From contig CAWBWI010000003.1 in NCBI GenBank assembly GCA_963792585.1, positions 1,088,001-1,152,000 of the forward strand: a stretch of 64,000 nucleotides of DNA, given 5' to 3'. Both the position numbers and the translations under genes were made by a program. Shown here in pieces: positions 12,667-22,274 of this stretch (positions are counted from its first letter, which is position 1; each line of letters starts with the position of its first letter). The stretch comes from Candidatus Eiseniibacteriota bacterium (GTDB lineage: Bacteria; Eisenbacteria; RBG-16-71-46; CAIMUX01; VGJL01). A model generated the notes under the pieces. It was not told the origin of the DNA. It searched no databases and saw only the letters and a program-made list of their open reading frames with translations.

Positions 12667-15600
12667 ATGCGAATCGGATTCTTCATTGCGCTGCTAGGTT
12701 TGGGAATCGTGCTGGGCGGGGCGCAGGGTGCGCCGATCATGCGGAGCGCGAATGCGGTTGGTCCCGAGGATCTCCCCCAGATCCAACTCCTATCCTCGAG
12801 CGATCGAGGGGTGGACCTCGTGTTCGAACTCCCGGTTCTGGGTGTGGAAGACCTGACCGTGGGATCGCGGACATTCTCCTCGATCTCGATTCCCGGCGGC
12901 GGGATCACCGGCGAAGTCGGATCGCCGATGCTTCCGGTTTTCACCCGGCTCGTCGCGATCCCGAGCGACGCGGCGGTGACCGTCACGGCGGAGCGTGAAG
13001 ACGTGGAAGAGATCCAGGGGATCAATCTGATCCCGATGCAGGAAGATGAGGGGGCGGAGTTCGCATACGACGCAAGCGCCTACGGGCGCGATGCCCTCGA
13101 GGGCGGTGAAGCGGCGGGCGTCGGAGCCCCGTCCATCGCCCGTGATTTCCGGGTGGTGCCGTTGACCTTCCGGCCGGTCCGCTACAACCCCGCGCAGCAG
13201 TCCCTGCAGGTGGCGCAGCGGATTCGCGTCCACGTCGAGTTCTCCGGGCACGATGCGCGTAACGTCCGACTCGGATCCACGCACGCGACGATCGCGCCGA
13301 GCTTCGACCGTCTCTATCGGGAGCTGATCGTCAACTACACCGGTCCCCGGGATGGCGTCACCGTCGAACCCGGGACCTATGTGATCATCTGTCAGAACGA
13401 CAACAACGTCCTCACCCGGATCCAGCCCCTGATCGAGTGGCGCAAGAAGAAGGGATTCCCCGTCGTGCTCGCCACGACCTCCGAGACGGGCCAGACATCG
13501 ACCACGATCAAGGCATGGATTCAGAACGCCTACGACACGTGGACGAATCCTCCCGAGTACATCTGCTTCGTCGGAGATGCCCAGGCGCCGATCACGATCC
13601 CGACCTTTTACGAGAACCTCTCCGGCTACGATGGGGAAGGGGATCATCCGTACACCCAACTCGAGGGCAACGACGTGCTCGCCGACGCGCATGTCGGGCG
13701 GCTCTCGTTCGGCTCGACCACGGAACTCGATGTCGTCGTGAACAAGATCATTGGCTACGAATCGACGCCGTACACGGCAAACGATCCGGGCTGGTTCCGC
13801 CGGGCGTGCCTCGTCGGAGATCCCTACGACTCCGGTTACAGCACCGTTCAGCTCCAGCAGTGGATCAAGGCCCGCCTGCGTCAGATCGGCTACACGGAGA
13901 TCGACACGATCTACGACGACTCCGTTCACGAGCCGCATGGCGACCGCGCTCAACAAGGGCGACACGATCTTCAGTTACCGGGGCTATCCAGGGGATGAGC
14001 GGCTGGGGGAACAGCAATACCTACCAGCTCACGAACGGATGGAAGATGCCGTTCGCGGTGGTCATCACCTGCGCGACCGGTTCGTTCGCCGGTGGGACAT
14101 GCCGGAGCGAAGGGGTTCCTGCGCGCCAACTCCGGCGGCGCGCCGAGGGGCGCGATCGGCGCGATCGGCACGGCCACGACCGGCACGCACACGCGGTTCA
14201 ACAACTGCATCACCTACGGCATCTGGTACGGGCTGTTGTATGGAGAAGCGTACAATCTCGGCGCGGCTCTGACCCGCGGTAAGTACGAGATCTACCTCAA
14301 CTACCAGGAGAACGACCCGAACCGCGTCGACGATCTGGTCGTACTGGAACAACCTGATGGGCGATCCGGCCGTCGAGTGCTGGACGGGTTTCCCCGACCC
14401 GCTGGCGATCGACTATCCGGCGACGATCCCCGTGGGCGCCAACGCCGTCCCCGTGACGGTCACCGAGGGCGGGCAGCCCTCCGTGGGGGCGCAGGTCTGC
14501 CTCTGGAAGGGTTCCAAGAGGTGCAGGTGGTCGGCGTCACCGAATGCGCTGGGACAGGTCGAGCTCGACGTCTCGCCGGCGACCGCGGGCAACCTGATCC
14601 TCACGGTGACCAAGCACAATCGCTACCCGCAGCTCCTCACGGTGCCGGTAGCGAACCAGACAGTACGTCGCCTACCAGGGGTCGACGATCGACGATGATT
14701 CCTCCGGGGAGAGCTCGGGCAACGCGACGGCGTCGCTGAACCCGGGCGAGACGATCGAGCTTGCGCGTCCAGCTCAAGAACTACGGCTCGCAGACCGCCA
14801 CCGGCGTCACCGCTTCGATCACTTCGGATGATCCGTACGTCACGATCACCGACGCGAACGAGACCTTCGGCGACGTCGCCGCCGGGGCGACGATCTGGTC
14901 CGGAGACGACTTCGGCGTCCAGGTTTCGATGGCTCCTGCCCCGACGGCCGCACGGTGCACCTCGGACTCGATGTCCAGTCCGGCGCAAACGAGTGGCACT
15001 CGGTGATCGACCTGACCGTAGTCGCCGCGGATCTGGCGAGCGAGACCTACCAGGGCTACAACGTCGGCGGGAACGGCCTGTTCGATCCGGGCGAGACGGG
15101 CCAGATCTCGATCGCTCTCAGGAACGTCGGCGCAGCGAACGCCGTGAGCCCCATCGCGACGCTCAGGAGTCTAAGCGAGTATGTCGACGTGCCGGACGGA
15201 CAGGCCGGGCTACGCGACGATCGGCGTCGGGGCTATGGGAGAGAACACGAGCGATCCGTTCACGATCCACATCGCTCCTACCTGCGTCCAGGGCTACGTG
15301 GCGACGCTTCAGCTCGCGCTCAGCTTCTCCGGAGGAGCGAAGGACACGACGATCGTCCTGGTCACGATCGGACAGCGCGCCGCGACCGATCCCATCGGGC
15401 CCGACGCCTACGGCTATTACGCATACGACAACACCGACACGGCATACCCACAGGCGCCGGTCTACAACTGGATCGAACTCGACCCGGCATACGGAGGCAG
15501 CGGCGGGACGGAGGTGGTGCTCGGCGACAACACCGAGTACGCGGACAAGTCACGGGTCGTCGACATGCCGTTCCCATTCGTCTACTACGGCAAGACCTAC

Positions 15601-17514
15601 ACCAAGGCGACGATCTGTTCCAACGGCTGGATTGCGATGGGATCTCAGTGGAACACCGAGTATCGGAACTGGACGATTCCCGGAGCCGGCGGGCCTCAGG
15701 CGATGATCGCTCCGTTCTGGGATGACCTGTACCAATCCGGCGGCGGGAAGGTCTACCAGCGATACGATTCCGCCACCCATGCGTGGATCATCGAGTGGAG
15801 TCACATGAAGAACGTCCCGCCGTATGGCGGCACGATCGAGACGTTCGAGGCGATTCTCTACGACCCCGCCTACGTCACGACGGAGACCGGGGACGGAGAG
15901 ATCGTCTTCCAGTACAGCCAGGTCCAGAACGTCGACAGCGTCGACGGTTACTCGACGGTCGGCATCGAGAACGAAGACCAGTCCGTCGGTCTCCTGTATA
16001 CCTGGTTCAACCGCTATCCGACGGGTGCGGCGAACCTCACGGCGGGTCGCGCGATCCGATTCATCCCGACGCGCGAGGTCCTGGCCGGCCTCATCCAGGG
16101 CACGATCACCAACCAGTCCGCCGGCGGGGCGCCGCTTCCCGGCGCCACGGTGACGGTTCTGCAGAATGGCCATGAGTACTCCAGCGGAATCGACGGCCAC
16201 TATCAGGGCAGCGAACCGGCGGGTGTCTATGACCTCAGGGCGAGCCGCAGCGGATTCGAACCGGATACCGCTTTGAGCGTCACGGTTCCGCTGGGCGGGA
16301 ACATTCAGATCGACTTCTCGCTCCGGGACAACACGCCCCCGACGATCCTCCACCTGGAGATCCCGAGCACGAGCGACACCGTGGGCCCGTACGTGGCCTC
16401 CGCCGGCATCACCGATCCATCCCCACTCACCCAGGTGACGCTCTACTGGCGGGCCAATGAGGGGAGCTTCGGCTCGCTTTCCATGGTCAACCAGGGAGCC
16501 GGAACGTACGCCGCGTCGATTCCAGGGCAGCATCTCTACACCAAGGTCGACTACTACATCCTGGCCCGGGACAGCGGGGGCAACACGGCGACCAGTCCCC
16601 TCAATGCCCCGACGAGTCTCCACACCTTCTTCGTCGGGCCGACGATCGCCCTGCTCCAGGACGACATGGAACTCGATCGCGGCTGGACGGTGGGTGGTCC
16701 CGGCGACAACGCGACGACCGGCATCTGGAGCCGGGTCGATCCGAATGGGACGTGGAGCGGCGACGAGCCGGTCCAGCCCGAGGACGACCACACGGTCGCG
16801 CCGGGCAGGCTCTGCTGGATCACGGGGAATGCGGCGCCCGGATCGGGTCAGGGAACGAACGACGTCGACGGCGGCAAGACAACGCTGACCTCCCCGCGGA
16901 TCAACCTGAATCTGGACGGTGTCGTCACCCTCCGTTACTACCGGTGGTTCACGAACAACACGGCGAACTACCCGAACGAGGATGCTTGGATCGTTCAGGC
17001 GTCCGACGATGACGGGGCGACGTGGGTCGATCTGGAGAACACCACCCAGAGCGATCGCACCTGGAAGAGGATGGAATTCGACCTGGGCGGGTTCATTCAG
17101 CTGACGGACCAGGTGCGGATTCGCTTCATCGCCCAGGACCTCGCGGGCGAGTCGATCGTCGAGGCCGGCGTCGACGACGTCGAGATCGACGCGGTCGGAC
17201 TGCTTGGAGCCGACGCGGAAGGCCCCTCGGCCCCGCTGCTGTTCGGTCTCGGGCAGAATCGTCCCAACCCGTTCCGGCTGCAGACCTCCATCGTCTACAC
17301 CCTTGACCGCGCCTCGCAGGCATCGCTCGCCGTCTACGACATTTCGGGCCGCGTGGTGCGCACCCTCGCCGACGGAATCGCACAGGCGGGCGTTCACACG
17401 GCCGTATGGGATGGGCGGGACGACGCCGGGCGTGGCGTGCCCTCCGGGATTTACCTGCTGCGGGTGCGTTCGGAAGCGGGCACGCAGACCAGGAAGATGA
17501 TCCTCGTGGAGTGA
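12667..17514 (+). CDS. Large secreted C25 (gingipain-like) peptidase-family protein with C-terminal FlgD-Ig domain (multiple frameshifts 13.9-15.2 kb)
   Basis: C25 propeptide (G.P.LP, P..YNP); PPEYICFVGD, DHPY, VGRLS, NKIIGYE, ITCATG, NLMGDP; NRPNPF...WDGRD...GIYLLR tail. Confidence 0.82.
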
Positions 17515-17556
17515 CGCAGCGTTGGGCGGAATCGGTATCCGCCATGGAGAATGACG

Positions 17557-17587
17557 CGGCGCGCCGCCTGTTCAAGGCGGCGCGCCG
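17557..17587. terminator. Hairpin downstream of the C25 gene
   Basis: CGGCGCGCCGCCT-gttca-AGGCGGCGCGCCG, a 13-bp stem. Confidence 0.5.
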
Positions 17588-17757
17588 TCTGTTCCCGGGC
17601 TATCGGGCGTATGCCCGCCCGTGCGGGCCGAAAACGGGGCACTATCCAGGCGGGGCATGTTGGGCTACCGTCGGTTGTCGAAAGGTGTGGCGGGAGCCGT
17701 GGCGTGCGTCGACACGTCTCTTCGCAATGCCGGCGGCCAAGGCCGCCAGGGTGGCGC

Positions 17758-18564
17758 ATGAACGGAAGCCCGTTTGCAGGACGCCGCATCGTCATCGCCT
17801 TGGTCCTTCTCTGCTCGCTCGCGCCGGGGGTCGTCCGCGGCGCCGAGGGTTTCTCGACCGCGCCCTTCCGCAACGGCGAGGTTCTCCGCTACGGGGTGCG
17901 CTACGGTCCGATCCGGCTCGGGACGCTCGTGCTGTCCCAGGAGGCCGCGGACTCCCTGGGTGGAACGAAGTCGATTCTGCGGATGACCGCGGAATCGGCG
18001 CCGGGTCTTCCAATCCTCAAGGCGAGATGGTCGAATCGATCGTTGCTCGTTCCTTCCTACCCAAGCCTGCGCGAGTTCGAATACATCTCCGCCCTGGAGG
18101 ATGGAACCCACGTGCGCTGTCGCTACGATGCGGTCGGCAGGCAGGCCGTGATCGTGGAGGAGCGCGCGGGCGCGGCGGTGCGCGAGCTCCGTCGAAGCGT
18201 GGACGGCCCCGTCTATGACGCCGGGGGCGTCGTCATGATGATCCGCTGCATGTCGGGCAGCGGCCGGAGGGTGAACCTCCCCACCTTCGTGGTCGAGGAC
18301 TTCCGTGCGACCGCTTTGGACTTCACGCCGCGCCTCGAGACCGTAGAGGTCCCCGCCTTCCACGCGCCCGTCCGGGCCGTCCGATTCGACGGCAGGGCAG
18401 AGTGGGTTCTACCGACCGCAGCAGGAATGACGGGGGAGTTTCGCGGGTGGCTCACGCAGGACGAAGCGGCGATCCCCGTGAAGGCGACGGTGCGGATCTT
18501 CCTGGGATCGGTGACCTTGGAACTGGAATCGTTCGAGAGGCCGGCGGGCGACAGAGCCCCTTGA
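17758..18564 (+). CDS. DUF3108 family exported protein
   Basis: Signal peptide; 'F..GE.LRY.VRYG.IRLG' N-terminus; 'W.T.D...IPVK......GSV.LEL' C-terminus. Confidence 0.7.
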   Translation: MNGSPFAGRRIVIALVLLCSLAPGVVRGAEGFSTAPFRNGEVLRYGVRYGPIRLGTLVLSQEAADSLGGTKSILRMTAESAPGLPILKARWSNRSLLVPSYPSLREFEYISALEDGTHVRCRYDAVGRQAVIVEERAGAAVRELRRSVDGPVYDAGGVVMMIRCMSGSGRRVNLPTFVVEDFRATALDFTPRLETVEVPAFHAPVRAVRFDGRAEWVLPTAAGMTGEFRGWLTQDEAAIPVKATVRIFLGSVTLELESFERPAGDRAP

Positions 18565-18696
18565 TCCGTCCCCGGTGGACGGCTGAGCAGGACCGGGTCG
18601 CAATCACACTCGTATTCCGCGTCTCCATTTCGCGGTCGCTGCACCGGAGGATCATCCCCGGGGTTCTTGGTTCATTGCCTCTTCCCGACGCGTTCC

Positions 18697-21342
18697 TCAG
18701 CGCAGCAGGGAGGCTCTGCGCACCAGCCGCATCTCGCCCGCGTCGATCCTCAGGAAATAGGCTCCTGCCGGCATGCGGCGGCCGTCATCGCCCCGGCCAT
18801 CCCAGACGACGGCCGTCCCGCGGATCGGTCCCTCGAGATCGTGGACAGCCGTGCGACGCCCCGACGCGTCGAAGACGGTCACGCGCGCCTGCGTCCCGCG
18901 CGGAAGATCGAGATCGAGGCGCACGGTCCCGCGCGCCGGATTCGGGACGACGCGGCCGATACGCAACACGCTCGGTTCGGTCTCCAGCGGATCGTCGATC
19001 CACGGCTCGTCGTCCAACTCGAGCGGGATGGGGTCATCGAGAATGGAAATGCAAGTGCCGTAACCGAACGTGACCTTCCCGGCGCCGTCGGAGGTCATGG
19101 ACGGATGCCAGGCGCCAATGTCCGTATAGAAGGCGGGATTGTCGACCACCACGCCATTGGCTCCGATCCTGCAGCCCTGAAGAGGACGCCACGCGCCGTC
19201 CCACACCCGCCACGTCACCAGGAAGTGATTCCCGTCCCACACGCCTTCCGGACCGTAATCGGTTCCCGGACCGGTCCAGATGGGGATCGGGGTCGGGTCG
19301 AGCGGCGTTCCGCCGGGACCCAATCGGATCGCGAAGAGATCATTGCCGTCTCCGGGCACCTCGAAGTCGTCCGATCCACCGACGAACAGACAGAGGTTCA
19401 CCTCCGGCCCCGCGATCAGACGGGTCGGTCGTCCGTACCAGCCGGGCGGGAGGATGGGTGTGCCGACGATTCCGTCTGCGTCGTCCAGAGGGGAGACGAT
19501 CGCCTTCTCGATCGCTGCGCGACCGTTCTGCTGCGACCAGAGCACGAGATATCCATCTGACGCGGCCACGACCGCGACATCGGCCGCGGTGCTGTCCGAG
19601 ACGACGGTCCAGCCCCGCATCCGGTTCCCCTGCGGATCGAAGAGCTCGGCCTTCACCCAGCTCGGCTGCCCGCCCTCGCCGTCGGATCCTCCGAAGACGA
19701 GCAGCGCATCTTCCGCGCGGGCGGCGAATCCATGGCTGGTGACGCTGTACCGGGTGTCGTAGCCGTGGCCGATGCCGATCGAGACGCGCCGGAGTGAATC
19801 GCCCTCTTGGGAGAGCATGTCCAGGACGATCGAGGAGCTGCTGTAGGAGTAGTACTCGTAGTAGTCGGAGTCGGAGTGAGAGTAGACGGAAGCGAATCCA
19901 TACCCCCATGGCCGGATGTCGGGTCGACTGATCGAGCACATGGAACAATCGTCCCAATAGCACGGCGGATTCCACACGGGGGATCGGAATCTCCGTGGGC
20001 ACTCGACCACCTGCCCCTCCGGGTCGACGAAGAGGGTATGGAAGTACCTCTCTCCGGCTTCGTCTGCCATGAGGACGAGGGTGCGCCCGCCCTGCGTGCA
20101 GACCTCGGAGGAGGACGGAATCGCCCCGCGGCTGACCTGGAGCGGCTCGGTACGAAGTAGCGCCCCGTCCTCTGCCTGCCAGGTGGCGAAGATCGGCCAG
20201 TTCTCGGGCCCTTCCCCGCCTCTGAGCGTGGTCGTGCTGTCGCGCTTCGCGGTCGGCGGGCCCCGGAAGCCGTACCACATCGTCACGAAAGCGGAGCCCG
20301 TCCAGGCGCACGCAACCTTGCGGAGATCGTCATTGGATTGCCAGAGGTCGGCAGGCAGGTCCCGATCCAGGAGGATCGGATCACCCATCAGGCTCGCGTC
20401 GGCCGCGACGCGGAAGGCCCGCACGTCGCCGTCGTTGAACACCACGAGGCCGGTGGAGTCGGAGCCGCACACGGAGAGGACGAGCGCATAGTCGTGGTCC
20501 AGGAGGTTGGAGTGAATCGGGACGCCGGAAGGATCGAGGATCAGCATCTGCTCGCGCCAGGTCGGCTTCAGAGCGACCAGCCAGTTGGAGCCCAGGCGCG
20601 CGACATCGATGCCCCAGGTTTCGTCGGTCCAGAGGATCCGGACGGGGACGCCGGAAGGCAATGCGTCGGCGCCCAGCGGTTGCGCCCATACGGCCGCCGA
20701 TCCATCGAACCAGACGAGCATCCCGGCCGAATTGGTCATCGCCATCGCGAAGAGCTTGGCGTGCGGCGAGATCGTGATGGGGGAGTCGTCGATCAGCTCC
20801 AACCCCGCATTGACGCGTACGAGTCGCAGGGAGTCCTGCTGAAGCCAGGCGACCGCGTGTCCGCCCGCGTACCGGGCGATCGTCGGATAGCGCAGATCGT
20901 CCCAATGCGGGCTCGTGGCGAGACTGAGTTCACCGGGAGTCACCTCGAGGGTCCGCCTATCGACGTTGCGCATGATGATGGCGTGAGGTCTGTCCACGCG
21001 GCCGATGCTTCCCTCAGAGACGAACTTCCACCCGAGGCTATCGAGATCCGAGACGTCGAAGGCCACCTCATGGATGCCGAGCCGGACCAGGTTGGTTCCG
21101 ATGCGCTCGCCACGCGGACCATGGAGCGCGGCGAGGATCCCATCGTCCATGTCCGAGTAGGCCAGGAGCACGAGCGAGTCCCCGAGAGCGATGGCCGTCC
21201 TCTCCGGCCAGGCCGGATCGAACGCGTAGCGGTACCCGTGATCGAGCAAGATCGGGTCGGAGATCGCCGGAGGATCGACGGCGCGGGCGTGCCCCGCGAA
21301 CGTTTCGAGAACGGCGACGAGGATGACGAAAGACGGCCTCAC
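18697..21342 (-). CDS. Secreted beta-rich protein with C-terminal FlgD-Ig/T9SS-like domain
   Basis: Signal peptide; WDG.FLV.W-type repeats; VPNP...WDGRGDDG...GAYFLR tail. Confidence 0.7.
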   Translation of the reverse strand: MRPSFVILVAVLETFAGHARAVDPPAISDPILLDHGYRYAFDPAWPERTAIALGDSLVLLAYSDMDDGILAALHGPRGERIGTNLVRLGIHEVAFDVSDLDSLGWKFVSEGSIGRVDRPHAIIMRNVDRRTLEVTPGELSLATSPHWDDLRYPTIARYAGGHAVAWLQQDSLRLVRVNAGLELIDDSPITISPHAKLFAMAMTNSAGMLVWFDGSAAVWAQPLGADALPSGVPVRILWTDETWGIDVARLGSNWLVALKPTWREQMLILDPSGVPIHSNLLDHDYALVLSVCGSDSTGLVVFNDGDVRAFRVAADASLMGDPILLDRDLPADLWQSNDDLRKVACAWTGSAFVTMWYGFRGPPTAKRDSTTTLRGGEGPENWPIFATWQAEDGALLRTEPLQVSRGAIPSSSEVCTQGGRTLVLMADEAGERYFHTLFVDPEGQVVECPRRFRSPVWNPPCYWDDCSMCSISRPDIRPWGYGFASVYSHSDSDYYEYYSYSSSSIVLDMLSQEGDSLRRVSIGIGHGYDTRYSVTSHGFAARAEDALLVFGGSDGEGGQPSWVKAELFDPQGNRMRGWTVVSDSTAADVAVVAASDGYLVLWSQQNGRAAIEKAIVSPLDDADGIVGTPILPPGWYGRPTRLIAGPEVNLCLFVGGSDDFEVPGDGNDLFAIRLGPGGTPLDPTPIPIWTGPGTDYGPEGVWDGNHFLVTWRVWDGAWRPLQGCRIGANGVVVDNPAFYTDIGAWHPSMTSDGAGKVTFGYGTCISILDDPIPLELDDEPWIDDPLETEPSVLRIGRVVPNPARGTVRLDLDLPRGTQARVTVFDASGRRTAVHDLEGPIRGTAVVWDGRGDDGRRMPAGAYFLRIDAGEMRLVRRASLLR

Positions 21343-21570
21343 GGAGTACCTCCCGCCCGGTGATTACGATGGAAGAGTCGCCGGAGATTCGGGCGCGTCA
21401 ATTCTGCACCCGGCAGGCGGAGATGTCAACGCGGATGCCATGTGGGGATACGGATGCCGCGGGGCTGTCGTGGGCGGGACATCTTCCCTCCCATGGCCCC
21501 GATCGATCTTCCCGGCGATCGGCCCTCAGGCGTATGCTCGTTCCGCGGTCGGAACACGGGAGGTCCGCCC

Positions 21571-22248
21571 ATGAACCGCTGGAACAAGACTCCGCAGGCA
21601 TGTGCGTTACTGTGCGCTCTGTCCGCCACATTCGTCCCCGCCGTCGCATCCGCAGAGGTCATATGGAGCCAGCCTCCGGATCTGCACGGATTCAAGTGCA
21701 GCTCGGAGATCATCGCGATCTACGGTCTGGATTCCCGGATCGCGGATGACTTCCAGCTCACATCGGATGCGACGATTCGGGCTGTGGTCTTCTGGGGCGG
21801 GTACTACAACTGGAGTGGCGAGGATCCCGATCCACCCTTCAACGTCGTCTTCTACTCGCACTCTGATCACTCCGATTGCGACCCGATGTACGAACTGGCC
21901 GTGTACGAATGCCTGAGGACGGATCGCACCTTCGTCGGGTATGACGACGGAGGCTATCCCACGTACATGTATGTCGCGAACGTGGATTTCGCGGCGACCG
22001 CCAACACGCGCTACTGGTGCATGGTTCAAGCCTGCGATCACCCTTACCCACCTCAGTGGGGCCGCCAGCAGTCGACGGAGGATCCACTCTGCGATGCGCA
22101 GTGGTATTTGGTCTTGAACTGGCCCGAGTGGATCGACATGTGGTACGTCGTGGGCATTCCCTGGGGGGCGAGCTTGGAACTCCGCGACGACCCGCCGACG
22201 CCGATCGAACCCACCACCTGGGGACGGATCAAGGCCGCGTTTCGTTGA
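21571..22248 (+). CDS. Secreted protein with C-terminal TTWGRIK tail
   Basis: GGAGG RBS; signal peptide; 'IADDF.L....I..V.FWGGY' domain; ends PTPIEPTTWGRIKAAFR. Confidence 0.75.
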   Translation: MNRWNKTPQACALLCALSATFVPAVASAEVIWSQPPDLHGFKCSSEIIAIYGLDSRIADDFQLTSDATIRAVVFWGGYYNWSGEDPDPPFNVVFYSHSDHSDCDPMYELAVYECLRTDRTFVGYDDGGYPTYMYVANVDFAATANTRYWCMVQACDHPYPPQWGRQQSTEDPLCDAQWYLVLNWPEWIDMWYVVGIPWGASLELRDDPPTPIEPTTWGRIKAAFR

Positions 22249-22274
22249 GACCGCCGGGCTGCTAGAGTCCCCGC

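Noticed and set aside
15550..17397. Long antisense ORFs (also 25928-27934, 48873-50951, 51688-53610, 57179-59152, 61950-63950)
   Set aside because: Shadow ORFs of real genes, expected with high-GC codon bias. They have no recognisable motifs.
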